This document shows, piece after piece, positions 1 through 13,881 of a DNA stretch of 64,000 nucleotides. The DNA comes from Octopus sinensis (lineage: Eukaryota). A model generated the notes under the pieces. It was not told where the DNA came from. It saw nothing but the letters and a program-made list of their open reading frames with translations, and ran no database searches. A program made the translations under genes and the position numbers. Where the stretch lies: positions 45,012,001-45,076,000 of the forward strand of contig NC_042998.1 in the NCBI RefSeq assembly GCF_006345805.1. Reading direction: 5' to 3'. How positions within the stretch are numbered: position 1 is the stretch's first letter; each line of letters begins with the position of its first letter.

Positions 1-461
1 TTGTCAAAACTATGATGATGAGGAGGAGGATCATCGTCATCGTCATCATCATCATCACCGCCTTCGTGGTCGACGTCATCATTCACTGTCAATGCCGACT
101 TCTAACAACAACGCCTACACAATATCTGTTGGAATTCACTAAGCACGCTGTCTCTTCATTAAGTGTCATCTCTACTATCGAATTTTTACTTAAGAAATCA
201 ATGAGAGAAAGAATAAATGAATAAATGAATGCAAGAATAAGTGAATGAATAAATAGATAGATAGATAGAAAGATGGAGAGGTGGGTAGGTGGATAGGTGG
301 ACCGATTGATGAATGAAGGAGGAAAGGAATAAGTGAGTTCGTGACAAAAGGAATGGAGGAATAGAAGAATGAAGGAATGACAGTTCGTTTCTTATCGTTC
401 CCTCGAGATCCTGTTGCAGCAAAAATGTATTTTAGAATTCAGTTTAGCTTACAACTAATGT

Positions 462-778
462 GTGTGTCTGTGTGTGTCTGTGTATGTGTGTGTTTGTGTG
501 GTGTGTGGTGTATGTGTGTGTGCACGTATGTGTGAGCGTGTATATATAGAATATATAAATCGTTACACGCACACACACCTATATATATACATGTATGCAT
601 ACATGCATACACATATACATATTTGCATATTTATATGCAAATATGCAAGCATGTGTGTGCACGTGGGTGTATATGTGTGGGGGTGTATATGTGTGGAGGT
701 GGATATGTCTGTGTATCCGTACATATATGTATGTGTGTGAGTGTACTTCTATAGTATGTATATGTCGTTTCACACACA

Positions 779-821
<43 letters not shown>

Positions 822-920
822 CATACACATATTAATTTTTGCATATATATATAAATGCAAATATACAAGTATGTGTGTGCGAGCGTGTGTATGTACGTGT
901 ATGCATGTGTGTGTGTATGT
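462..920. repeat. Compound (TG)n/(TA)n/(CA)n microsatellite region
   Basis: Directly visible dinucleotide tracts; source of spurious CVCV/YIYI ORFs. Confidence 0.95.
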
Positions 921-1292
921 AAAACAGACTAAGGAGAAAGTGAAATGACATTTTTACGGTTACATCATTAGAGAAGCATCGGCAATTGTTCGAAAAACTT
1001 TACCATAATATTCTTTTGTGCAGTGTTGGCAATTGTGTCCGCGCGCGCGCGCACGAACGCGAAATATCTTTATAGATTTTTTTTTTGCTGCTGTTGTTGT
1101 TTTTACCATTAAATGGACCATGCTTCAATATTAAAATAGTCCCCACGCACACATAAAATACACACACTCCCACACACACACACCGACAAAAACAAGCACC
1201 TGTATATGTATGTATGGAGAGGAACGTATATGTGTATATATTTATGTGTGTCTGTGCATGTTCTGTATTTATGTGCATATATACATACATAC

Positions 1293-1328
<36 letters not shown>

Positions 1329-1386
1329 TTATACTTATGTATATATGCACATGCTTGTAGATAAATGTGTGTATGTATACATAGAA

Positions 1387-1452
<66 letters not shown>

Positions 1453-1483
1453 TAAGCATGTATATGTGTGTATAATTTGTTTA

Positions 1484-1842
1484 GGCGCAGGAGTGGCTGA
1501 GTGGTAAGTAGCTTGCTTACTAGCCACATGGTTCTGAGTTCAGTCCCAATGTGTGTGGCACCTTGGGCAAGTGTCTTCTACTATAGCCTCGGGCCGACCA
1601 AAGCCTTGTAAGTGGATTTGGTAGACGGAAACTGAAAGAAGCCTGTTGTATGTATGTGTGTATTTGTGTGTCTGTGTTTGTCCCCCCTCCTCCTCCATCA
1701 CTTGACAACCGACGTTGGTTCGGCAAAAAATACCGATAGAATTCGTACTAGGCTTACAAAGAATAAGTCCTGGGGTCGATCTGATCGACTAAAGGCGGTG
1801 CTCCAGCATGACCGCTGTCAAATGACTGAAACATATAAAAGA
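1484..1842 (+). mobile_element. tRNA-derived CORE-type SINE (family A)
   Basis: Pol III box A (TGGCTGAGTGG), box B-like GAGTTCAGTCCC, CORE-like CACCTTGGGCAAGTGTC, internal TG/TA tract, A-rich tail; more than 12 copies in the window. Confidence 0.9.
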
Positions 1843-1978
1843 ATATATACACACACACACACACATACACACACCGTACATACATACAATGTATATTTTA
1901 TATATATATGTATATATATATAAATATAGGGATGGCATTATTAAAATACCATCACAATATATATACATATATACATAT

Positions 1979-2024
<46 letters not shown>

Positions 2025-2569
2025 TTATTGACATTATGCAGTAAGATTGTTCGTACGAGGATGTATTGTCTGGAAAATTTATTGGCGTCATTTTAAAGAA
2101 GATATTAATGATATTAGACGTAGCAAGTGCTGTAACGCTTTATGAGTGTTTTTGACGACGAAGCGCTAGTGATTGGCTCTTGTTTATCGCTCCCAAGTGA
2201 GTGGCTTATAAACTTTGTCCTTATTTAATAGATTGTTGGTCAATTTATTCCCAAAGATTGTTGTGCGTAAGTTTAATAAATCGAAAGAGGAATGTCTTTG
2301 CCACTACCTTCCCATCTTTCTTGCTGTGTGCAATTCTGTTTCTGCGTAACTAACAATGTGTGAACATTATGTGTGTAGCTAATTGCTAAAATTTTAATCC
2401 TGCTTGATATTTGAAATACAGACTCATGAAGTCCCTCATAAATACTGACACCCCTCGCCTGCACATTTACGAACAAGCACATGCACGCATGCTCACAGAC
2501 ACATATACACATGTATGTAATTTTCGGCTTACATTATTAAACTAAGTGGGGATATCTCTTATCTCTTAT

Positions 2570-2954
2570 TCTTTCTTAAGTCATTACACTGCAGCCATGC
2601 TTGGGCACCACCTTAAAGGATTTTCAGTCGAATGAATCAACCCCAATACTTGATTTTTTTTTTTTTTTTTAACCTTGGTACTTATTCTATCTCTTCTTTT
2701 GCCAAAACCGCTAGGTTACGGGGATGTAAACACACCAACGGTGGGGTGTGTAGAGAAACACACACATACATGCATACGTATATATATATATGACGGCTTC
2801 TTTCAGTTTCCGTCTACTAAATCCTTTATCAATACCTTGGTCGGCCCGAGGCTATTATAGTAGAAGACACTTGCCCAAGGTGCCAAGCAGTAGGACTGAA
2901 CCCGGAACGCTATGGCTGGGAAGCAAGCTTCTTAACACAGCCACGCTTGCGCCT
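2570..2954 (-). mobile_element. SINE family A copy
   Basis: Reverse complement of 1484-1842 (GACACTTGCCCAAGGTGCC, ACACAGCCAC). Confidence 0.85.
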
Positions 2955-4177
2955 ATATATACAGGTCTATTGTCGAATGGCTCGACCTCAAGAATCCGTC
3001 TTACTATTCTTTCTCGCGACATTTTAATCAGCCGTGCGTACCTCGGATATCAAAGAGTCCCTCCAGGTTTCTCTACATTGAGCCATCACAACTACGAAAC
3101 TATATATGTATATAAGAAGGGGGGTATCAGTGGCAATAGTCTGGAGAAGGCTAGCAAACTGAAACTTCGAAGTCACTGTTACCGTCTTCGTTGAAAAGTT
3201 TAATAAACACGTAAACATGTACGCTACACAAATGTATTGAGTAAACCTTCAGTTTAATGTGAGAGTGTTTTTTATATATAACTTGGCACAAAAGCAAATA
3301 CTATCTTAAAGAGAGAGCGCGGCGAGAGAGAGAGAGATTGAGAGAGTGATGTGTGCTGCGTGTTGATTGAAATGTTGAGTCAAGTCTGTCGGTATTGTAA
3401 ACTATAGTTCTAGTTCTTCCTGGCTTATTTCCGCCTAAGTCAATATGCTATTGCTTATAAAACAGTTGTTTATTTAACATTGGGTTATGATTTCACATAA
3501 AGTACACAGTGAATAATGAGTCAACGACTTTATTAATGTTCATACTATCCCTGGGAGAAACAAGACCATGATAACTAAGAGCAGTTTTTGTTTATCTGGT
3601 GCTTTTTTTTAAAACTTTTTCTGATGTTTTTTTAAGTATAAATGGCCGAATGGTTAAGAAGTTCCGTTGTTTATATTATTCTTATTGCGTCGTTGGTTTT
3701 GATTTCGGTGCCATTGTACGGTAATTTGAGCATGAATATATATACCTGTGTTTATTTGGCAATTACCATTCCGAAATATAACAATAATAATGAATTTGTA
3801 CTCTACAAAAGTATAGAGATGCAAATAGTGAGTACTTTACAATATTATTTCTTGTTTCTCGTGGTATTACTCAAATACGGAGAATCTTGCCTCTCCCAAT
3901 ATAGAAACATTTCTCATGGCACCAGCAGACAAATGGAAAAGACGTTGCCTAGGATGATAGCGAGGGAGATGCACTGGAACGACCACTGATTCGCGGGGCT
4001 CGCACTTGCAGACAGCAATCTCTGCTCCGATAGTGGTGAGCAGGAATATGGTCCAAGGGCGCTGGAGGTTTCAACTACCACAGGCATGATTATAAATTCA
4101 TATTTATATTAATAATCATCGGTGTACTCGGTTATGTTTGTAAATGTTTAAGAGGCATCTATTTAGTTCGACATCTA

Positions 4178-4760
4178 TTGATTCGACGGTCATTCGGAAT
4201 ACTCACAGCAGCCATATTCCTACCGTTCTATGTCACGCTGGTGAGACCCATATTGGAGTACGGGATTCAAGCCTCTTCCCCTTATCTCCTCAAAGACATA
4301 CATCATCTCGAAAGAGTCCAGAAGTTGGCTACCCGTATGGTCCTTGGTCTCAAGCATTTGTCTTATGAAGAAAGGCTGAAGACGCTCAACCTTTATTCTC
4401 TCGAAAAACGACGACGCCGTGGTGATCTCATTCTCACTCACAACATCATAAGCGGAAAGTGTAACCTCTCGAAAGAGCTGTTCTTCACTCCTGCTCCAGA
4501 GCGTGGGCTGCGGGGTCACTCCGAAAAGCTCTATCTACGATGATTTCATCTCAATCGAAGGAGAGGGGCTTTCTCCGTCCGGGTTGCGAATCCGTGGAAT
4601 AAGCTGCCGGACGAGATAGTGAAGATGCCGACGACCTCTCGGTTCAAAGTCTCTCTTGACCAGAAATGGCCTGACTACCCTCCCTGTACATAACTCCCTG
4701 TCCCCCTACATGGCCTTGCTTTTGCTTTTTGAGCCAATAAAAATTGAATTGAATTGAATT
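4178..4760 (+). mobile_element. 5'-truncated CR1/L2-clade LINE (ORF2 C-terminus and 3' tail)
   Basis: Translates to YVTLVRPILEYG..SPY..DIHHLERVQKLATR..LSYEERLKTLNLYSLEKRRRRGDLI. It continues past an in-frame TGA (4541-4543) as FSVRVANPWNKLP..FKVSLD and ends in an (AATTG)n tail. Confidence 0.92.
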
Positions 4761-5594
4761 TGAGCCTTGTGCCGTCCCAAATCTTGAAAACAAAATTGGA
4801 AATCGTGCAGAAGTCAATAAATGGATTTCATTTGTCACCTTGTTTAACCATAACCCACTTGATCATTACTTTAGCAGAGTCTACTCTGTTGTAAATATTT
4901 CCAAAATGAGCGGCAACCGATGAATCATATTTTCTTTCTTCCTTAATTTTGTATCCTTCCACCGACCAAAGAGGCTCCACAAAAAAATCACCGCTCTTCC
5001 TTTTCCCAGTCAAAGTACTCCATTAGAATAAATAACCAAATGCATAGGACACCAGGACTACTGGGATTTTCGTGGGAAGTTCTTATCGCACATACCGTTC
5101 ATTATGATTCACAAGATGCTAGTTTCTTTTCGTCTTAATTAGCTTAATTAATTTAAGCAGAAATTAGATACCAAGTCTTGTGGAAAGATTATCTATTGTA
5201 GTTAGAACATATTGATTCATTTCTCATTTGATTAATGCTACAGACTCTGAAGTTATTCACTATTAGTGCTTATGAATCTTAAAAAGATATCTGCGGATCG
5301 CTAGAGCGTCAAACAAAATGTCTGAGGTATTTAGTTACGGTTGTCTAGATTTTAAGTTCAAATCCCTGCGAGGTCAATTTTGTCTTTCATCCCCTGTTCA
5401 TGTTCCGAGATGGATTTAATATTCCTGTAAAGCATTCTAGATATGAACGAAATTATAAAAGGAGGGAAAAATAGAACATTACATTGTAAATACAATATTT
5501 AGTGTCTAGATCAGGTATGGACGACATTTTTAAAGAAGCAAGCTGCATGAAACATGGCTCATCAACAGAGGGGACTGCATACCGAAAAAAAATT

Positions 5595-5740
5595 CAGTTT
5601 CTGTCTGCCAAAACCATTCACAAAACTTCGGTCAGCCTAAGGTTATAGCAGAAGATACTTGCCCAAGGTGCCACGCAATGGGACTGAACCCGGAACTATG
5701 AAATTGGGAAGTAAACTTCTTACCACACAGCCACACCTAC
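5595..5740 (-). mobile_element. SINE family A 5' fragment
   Basis: ACTTGCCCAAGGTGCCACGC..GGGACTGAACCCGGAAC..TACCACACAGCCAC. Confidence 0.8.
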
Positions 5741-6570
5741 TCCATGGTAGTAAAAGGCAAAAATCTCTTTATCAGGACTTGAACTCTGAACACAGGCGAA
5801 CGAAACAGCACACTATAATTTATTTACTCTGTGGCTCTATAATTTCTGCTAACTCACTCTTTAGCAATGCTTACATATACAAATATGTAAGTTCCCTTAC
5901 AATGGATGATAATTGCATTCATCTTCTTGCTTGAATCGTCATAAACATGGATAGTTTCGTTAAGATATCACGAAATCAATGTCCAATCTAATGACCGCAT
6001 CTACCGTGCCTTTCTTTCTTTCTTTCAGACAGTTAAAACTACGACTTAAACACGAATTCCACATTCAATGATATCATCTGCGTGTGGTGACACGCAAATC
6101 GTTTTGTAGATTATTTTCGCGTCAAATTGTTTACGAGATTAATGACAAAATACATGAAATAGATAATTAGTATTATTGTAACAGAACAGTATCTTTATAA
6201 ACTACAGTTATGACAGCGTTGTGAGTCTATGAGTGCTTATCGTTTATGAAGGCGTTTTCTCCTTAGCATCTTTTCTACCTCTTGTTTGGTTATTAAAAAT
6301 CATAATGCTTATTTTTTTAGATTTCATACAATTTTGGGAAGGGCATTGTCGCTTTGTATTTAATGTACAGATTTTCTTGTTTGTATTTAATATTTGTTCC
6401 TAATCATTTATTTTAAGTAGGGAAGATTACCGAATTAATTAGCTTCTTGTGTCTGAGTTTATTGAAAGCAGCTTGTGCAAGCATTTTTTCATTACATTTT
6501 CAGCGGATATTCGTGTTAGACTTTCAAATTATACATAATTTGAAAAAATAACACGCTCCACTCATTCCCC

Positions 6571-6928
<358 letters not shown>

Positions 6929-7741
6929 TTCATACATACGTACAAACACACGTATAGGAAAGCATGCCCACACACGCCATACACATACATATATTTAAAA
7001 AAAGGTAGGGGGAGAATATTTTTTTTATATGATTACAAAATGTCGGAAAATTTCCTGTTTATAAACTTTAAACGCTTTTATAATAATTAATTTTCTAACT
7101 GAAGAAAGATTTGCATTTTATTTTATTGCTTCTTTTAAATTTATCTGTAAATAATGTGCATGGAGTTGTAAAATTCCAGCAGATATTTGATCTGTTTAAA
7201 AACTACTCAAATAACAAAAGATAATGGAAATGTTAATATCTCAGATTTATTTGTGAGGAAAAGGAAGTTCTATTGGTTTGTGCATTTCTCAAGGACATTA
7301 GTGACATAAATGAAGTAAAAATGCCTTCAACTGGAAATCTAAATCAAGTCACGGATTCCATCGTAGCGAAAGTTGGTTACCATTGTTTAATAGATTTTGC
7401 CAAACAATGGAAGAATTAACAGAAAAGAACTATTCATACAAATCAAAATTATCGGCATTTAAATAGTTTTGTATAAAGACAATGATTAGAATTGGTTTCT
7501 CCTTGTATTAACTGAATTAGCAATAATAACAGACGTGTCGTTTGTGGCTGCTTTACACCAGGTCAGTCCCAATTGAGCAGACCAGTCCTATCATTAAATG
7601 TGTTTGAGGCCTGAACCGTTGTGTGGTCCAAAGCCCCCTTTCCTATTCAAGGCGATACGGTATGATGGAATGAAAATTTGGTTGCTTATTTCTAACGGGA
7701 CGTGCGAACTCGTTGAAGTCTGAGACAAATCTATATGAAGT

Positions 7742-8013
7742 TACTGTATTTTGAGGGTATAAAATATGCCTGGGTGTGTTAGAAGCACCCCAATTTCAGC
7801 AGCACATATTCGAACGATTTTGAGGGTATAAAATATGCCTGGGCGTGTTAGACGCACCCCAATTTCAGCAGTGCATATTCGAACGAAAAAGATGTTTTTA
7901 GTGCATTTAAAGTAATATGAGCCCAACTTTGCACATAGGAACTGGAGCGATTTTTTGAGACATTTTTGAATGGAATTTAAAAAAGTAGGTTTTATATACC
8001 ATTAATTACGGTA
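7742..8013. mobile_element. Tc1/mariner-pogo-like MITE with an internal ~70-bp tandem duplication
   Basis: TA-flanked imperfect termini TACTGTATTT / AATTACGGTA; two copies of TTTTGAGGGTATAAAATATGCCTGGG..GCACCCCAATTTCAGCAG..CATATTCGAACGA. Confidence 0.55.
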
Positions 8014-8238
8014 CGTTTCGAGTGAAGTCTTTTTCTTCGGTGTAAATGTGTAGTTTACAAGTGGAGAAATCAACAATATTAGAATAGAAGGTCAGTGTTG
8101 ACTCAAATACCGTCTAAACATGTTATTGCATTAAGTTTGATGCTGCATATTTATCAGTTCACGTCCTTCCAGATTTGAATATAGTATTCTATCCTTTCAA
8201 TAAGACAAGAACAGCTATTCTCTCACAGCTAGTTCATT

Positions 8239-8283
<45 letters not shown>

Positions 8284-9386
8284 CACACACACACACACAT
8301 ACACCAAAACTTTGTTTTGCACCTTTTCAGATCATTTATAACTTACATGTTGAGTACTAACGTACTTTTGCAACAGTAGGTCAATATCAAACGAGTTTCT
8401 TTGATGCACTAGATTTTTAAGTTCTTAAATGACGATGTGATACGGATCGTTATATCTTATTGACGTGTTGTTACGATACATTTCATATACACCTATTCTC
8501 GTTTATCACTGATTTATTCAACACTGATCTGAGATAATATGGTAAGCTAATTCTGAACCGTGTTACGTTTATCGCGAATTGATCCGTGATAGCACGACTT
8601 GGCGATCAGTTAGAGCTTCTGCTTGGACTGCAAAATCGACCCCCTCCCCGAGACTGTCCACAATGCTCAAGACAACTTGGGATTTTGGAACGAAATCTAT
8701 TTTCCTAATCTATTCTGTTATTCATTTATCGCGGATCCATTTAAGAGTGTGTTCTTTTTGGTGGAGTGAGTGAGAGAGAGAGAGAGAGGGAGAGTGAGTC
8801 AAATACCCGTGAGAAATGAGGACATGTACCAATCACGATGAGAATTTACTGAATAAGTATGATATCTTAGGCTGATATCAAAACTTGAATGTTCTACTAT
8901 ATACACCAGACTTTGAAGAGTCAGTCTCATTAGATCAAATTCATCAATTTTAATTAATTGAAGTTAAAAAAATAATAATTAGATTTTTTTAAATAAATTA
9001 TGCAGTTATTTGTTAATATTTTGTTAATGTATTTAATTATCGGGTATGTGATACAGATTTTTTAAACATTATTAATGTTTTTAATGAGTAAGGTAGAGAG
9101 AAAACATAGGAGAAGTTGATGGAGCCACGACGGCTATCGGTTAAAAATGTTTGGTTAATTACGGCTTAACGGAAACGTGATTCGAAGGGAAAAAGAGAGA
9201 AAATTGAAATATTTTCAGCAGACGTCTTCGGTTGACAATTTATGAAAAGAAAGAATGTCTTTGGGTGACAGTTTGTGAACAAGAAGCCATTAAGATGAAG
9301 AGAAGATTTTTTTTTCTTTTGCTAATTTAATTCAACTGCAATTATTAATTTACACTGCAGTTCAATGTTTCTTGGTTTCATTACAG

Positions 9387-9675
9387 CAGTGGTTCCCAAA
9401 GTGGGCAGTACTGCCCCCTTGAGGGTGGTGGAAAGATCCGATGGGGACGGGCGTTGAAGAAAAGTGGGATGATAATAGGGTGGCCAAAATGGGGTGATAA
9501 ATGTAAAAAAAAATATTAATGGGTTAATTAGGATTAAGTTTTACTTGTGAAATACAGTTGTTCTGAATTTGCTGCACAAAGAGGTCTATATTTGTGGTGG
9601 TGAGGATGAGGGGGCGCTAGGAATGTGACCTGGGTACCAAGGAGACGGCAGCCTGAAAAAGTTCGGGAGCTACTG
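9387..9675. mobile_element. hAT-like MITE
   Basis: Termini CAGTGGTTCCCAAA / TTCGGGAGCTACTG with 8-bp target-site duplication CATTACAG / CATTACAA. Confidence 0.85.
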
Positions 9676-9715
9676 CATTACAATGATATTTCAGATAAAA
9701 ATTGTTTCTAAAGTG

Positions 9716-10116
9716 GGCGTAGGAGTGGCTGTGTGGTAAGTAGCTTGCTTACCAACCACATGGTTCCGGGTTCAGTCCTACTGCGTGGCACCTTGGACAA
9801 GTGTCTTCAACTATAGCCTTGGGCCGACCAAAGCCTTGTGAGTGGATTTAGTAGACGGAAACTGAAAGAAGTCCGTTGTATATATTTTTATGTGTGTGTG
9901 TGTTTGTGTGTCTGTGCTTGTCCCCCCAACATCACTTGACAACCGATGCTGGTGTGTTTACATCCCCGTAACTTAGTGGTTCGGCAAAAGACACCGATAG
10001 AATAAGCGCTCGACTTACAAAGAATAAGTCCTGAGGTCGATTTGCTCGACTAAAGGCGGTGCTCCAGCATGGCCACAGTCACATGACTGAAACAAGTAAA
10101 AGAGTAAAGAGTAAAG
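9716..10116 (+). mobile_element. Full-length SINE family A copy
   Basis: GGCGTAGGAGTGGCTGTGTGGTAAG head, CORE-like block, internal microsatellite, (AGAGTAA)n tail. Confidence 0.92.
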
Positions 10117-11297
10117 TCAACTTAGCAAATTTTACAAATATATAGCATGTCCAATATTTTTGTTTTGTAATCAAGCAGCGCAGGTCAAGAGATTACTGGT
10201 GGAGCGAAACTGCAACCCAATTCCGATTCTCTGTTTAAGTAGTTCTGCAATTTCACTTCATTAACATCATTTGCAAAAGGCATGAGAATTACGAGTTTCC
10301 GTTCCCAAAAACAGTTTGCTTTGTGTCTCAACTAAAAGAAAATTACTCTATACGCCGTAGAGTAATATACAAGTTTCGTTGCTGGTTTTAAGTAATTTCC
10401 ATTTGTGAGACAAATGCCTTTGGAAAACACATAACCGTCTTCATATCCCGTTTCCCTCCCTTCAAAAATGGTATATTTTGCATTTAAAGGTCCTTTAATA
10501 TAAAGTCTTCTATGTAAACGGCATAAAGAAAAGAGAAATCTTTCTAACAATATCATTAGGGGAAACCTTTTCGATTTACAACTGAAATTATTTCGCTTCA
10601 GTTGCTCTGTTAGTATCCTTGAAACAGATATGAACATTCATGATTCTACTTCTACTTCCTTGAAACCTAAAAATATTTTTAAAAAAAACATCAAATCTTC
10701 CGATAATTATTGATTTCCTTTTTACTAGACTCTAAGATCCTACATGGTATAGGAGGTGGAAAGGAAAGTGTGGCGTCCATGAGTTTTGTGAAAGCATTAA
10801 CGATGGAAATAAAGTGAAGTAGCTTCTATTGGGGATTGTAACAGTATCGATGTTTCAAGTCGCCATTTACTTACCTTTTGTTCTGTAGTGTTCAACTTTC
10901 CAACAAATATTAAGCCAAAGTCGATATCCAATTTCGTTCACATATTCATTTTCCTGTGAGAGAATTCGATCTAAGTATCATAAACTGCCAAGTTTTGCTT
11001 ACATCAATTTCTTCTTAACCGAATTCTTTACGACTTGTATTTTTTAATTTTTGCCCTGACTCTTTACTCGTTTTACTATTAGGCGAATACACGGCTCTTG
11101 ACTTCTTAAAACCAGTATGATCTCTCGTTAATTATGTCATTTAGAGGCGAAATATAAAGGGCCAGAGATTGACAGGAACTTCGGAGACAATAATCAATCG
11201 TCTTATGGCAAGGATTGGTTTCATCTCTCTATGACAGAGGTCGGCAGAAAGTACTCTCCGAGTGTTTCAGACTTTTTAAAGAATACTTTCAAATTTA

Positions 11298-11440
11298 GAC
11301 GCAAGTATAGCTGCGTGGTAAGAAGTTTACTTCCCAACTACGTGGTTCCGAGTTCAGTCCACTGCGTGGTACCTTAGACAAGTGTCACCTACTACATCCT
11401 CAGCAATCGGCAAATGAGAAACAAGTAAAAGGAAAAGAAG
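11298..11440 (+). mobile_element. Internally deleted SINE family A copy
   Basis: Degenerate head (CGTGGTAAG..GTTCCGAGTTCAGTCC) joined directly to the GAAACAAGTAAAAG tail. Confidence 0.7.
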
Positions 11441-11913
11441 ATAAAAGATAAACTTAATGCCTTTGTGAGCCATTGAGCTGTTGGTGGTTTTTGGATAGTC
11501 TTTCATGTCATTATTTACCTAATTTTTGCTAGTAATATAAATTAAGAACATAATTTTAAATGTAAGATCTAATATAATATACGTGTGAGTCGTGGCAACT
11601 ATGAAAAAGAAATAAGCAACAGTGGGCCTTTATAAAAAAAAGAAGTTACCGATATTATGCTTTAGGATCCAACATAGTCAATCCTAGCAATATTTCGTTG
11701 TAAGAATCGAGGTCTAGGTTCAAAATTCAAAATGCTGCTGGGATGCACTTTGCGTTAAGCTAACTCGATATCGATCAAATAACTAGCGGTAATACTTTAT
11801 TGTCGATTTGGTCCTCAATAAAGCTTTCGTTAACACAAAATAAATTCTTGCCTATTTGACAGCAGTATATATTATGAAGAAATAGATGGCGTATTATGTC
11901 TATCAGCAGACAG

Positions 11914-12357
11914 GTGATCCTGTGGAAATTGACTATGCCCTGGGAGGAAACACATGGAGGAAGCTCATAAGAGGAATCTTGCCAAATACCAGGAGCTGGT
12001 TGAGTAGTGCAGGAATCGGTGTTGGCAGGCAGGTTTTTGAAGTGACAGAAGTGGGCTGTTAAAGTTTTATGGAGTGGCCATTCTTGAAAGCTCTGCTTGG
12101 GTTTGGAGTTACTGGTGCAGCAAAGAGAAAGGCTATAAATTCTATCACTGAAGCTGCAGAGAAGGCCACTAGGTGGCTTTGGATAAAGAGGGTAGACCAG
12201 TGGTTTTCTACTATTTGGGATGTAAGATGGACTTGATCAACCCCGAATGGGTCAACTGGGCGAGTGTGTCTGAGGTTGAAAGACCTGAAACTCTCTGAGG
12301 CGCCAGAAACATCATTGACGATGCATCCCAGAGCATCCGCAAGATGTATTTTAAAAC
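11914..12357 (+). mobile_element. 5'-truncated HERO-like (restriction-like endonuclease) non-LTR retrotransposon, C-terminus and 3'UTR
   Basis: Frameshifted translation VILWKLTMPWEE..MEEAHKRNLAKYQELVE*CR..EVGC*SF..GVTGAAKRKAINSITEAAEKATRWLWIKR matches the recalled HERO pattern ELTVPWE..AHERK..KY..EVGCRGF..AAE.ASRWLW. Confidence 0.85.
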
Positions 12358-12734
12358 TATTGTTGATTCGGTCTTTAATAAAGCTCTCTTATTAACAACA
12401 GAATAAATTCTTGTCGATTCGACAGCAATATATATTATGAATAAACAGATTGTCATTGTGTCTGTTACCAGACAGATTTTCTTAAAGAGATATCAACTTG
12501 TTAGAATTTCACCTGTGCAAAGATATAGAGTAAAGAACAAGTTTCATTCTTGAATTGAAATCGTTTTCTTTATTTGTCATTAATGCTGTTTGGTTAAGTA
12601 CATAACCATATCAACTTCCTGTTCCTATCCCTCCCTCTCATTACGCATCGAAGGAGAATTGACTGTATAACGAGAAAACATATGGGGCAGTACTATAAGT
12701 TAAAGAAAAGGGGTAAAACTGTTTTTTTTAATAA

Positions 12735-12950
12735 TCCTTTCTGCTAAAGGCACCAGGCTTGAAATTTTGAGAAAAGGGGGTAGCCGATTACAATGACCCT
12801 TGTGCTCGACTGGTACTTATTTTATCGATCCCAAAGGACGAAAAGCAAAGCAGACCTCAGCGGAATTTGAACTCGGTACATAAAGATGGACGAAATGCCG
12901 CTAAGCATTTTTTGCGGAATGCTAACGATTTTTCCAGTTCGCTGCCTTAA
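12735..12950 (-). mobile_element. tRNA-derived SINE family B (Meta/MESC-like central domain), degenerate
   Basis: Reverse complement of the GAGTTCAAATTCCGCCGAGGTCGACTTTGCCTTTCATCC..GATAAA..AAGTACCAG consensus seen many times in the window. Confidence 0.8.
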
Positions 12951-13881
12951 AATGGAACCATTAGTAAAATGACCGTTCCTTAACAATTTCTTTATGTGAA
13001 GAATTCCTAAATTGTTATGAATTGCTTTTACATTTAATAACTAAAGACGAAATGCAAATTTATGATATCTATTACGAAAAAATAAATAAGATAAAAACTA
13101 TTGGTTGTTTAATGCATTTCTCGAAGAATATTGTTTTGTTTTAATTAGCAATTATGAAGTATCGTGCTCTGATGTAATAAAAAAGAAGTTGGGAAGGAAA
13201 TAAACACCAAGGTTACAATGGAAAATGGATTTTCTTGAACTGAGAAGCACCAAGAGTATATTAATATAATTTCTCTTTTCCATGAAGTCTTAGAATGAAG
13301 GAAGGAAGCTAAAATTTTGAATGAAAAGTCGAAGTTAGATAACCATTAATTAATCATAATGACTAGTGTACTGAACGACTCGCGCAAAAGATTCTCCTGT
13401 TAATTGAACTTTATCATTTAGTTGGAGAGAAAAAAAACAACGTCTTAACGGCAGTTAGCAACTTGCTATGAAAAAGGGGTATAATTTCACAAAATTACAC
13501 GCTTAGAGATACCATTGGCGCACGAGTGCAATTTATGCAATTCTTTTAGCTTGTTATATATGAACTTCTGTCGACTGATCAGAATAGACTTGAGTGGAAT
13601 ATATTATGGTGACGATACATATAGCCGATTTTGTCGGTACAATAAGTCGTTCGTGGATCCTATACTACAAAAAGAAACCATTTGCACATATAGCATACGT
13701 CACGTGAGAAACTTGTGTTCGACACTGCAACTCAACAAAATACACATCGGTTTTTATCGTGACGTCACGAGGCACGGTAGTAAACAATACAAGCTTCAAA
13801 ACCTACTTAAAGCTTTTGTCAACAGTCGTCTTACCATTTTCTTTTTTTTTTTTTTGTTATTATTATTATTATTTGTTACAG

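Noticed and set aside
3642-4090. 115-aa ORF and adjacent GC-richer stretch
   Set aside because: No recognisable domain or convincing splice pair; begins in a degenerate tRNA-SINE-like head.
2790-5934. Recurrent peptides such as RRHLPKVP..TEPGT.WL.SKLL and RNWYLIYRPRKDERQSR
   Set aside because: Translations of SINE families A and B, not a protein family.
8539-8547. ATG|GTAAGC as GARNL3 start exon
   Set aside because: Phase 0 does not fit the phase-2 exon at 23586, and the phase-2 frame has a stop at 8525; a non-coding role is not excluded.
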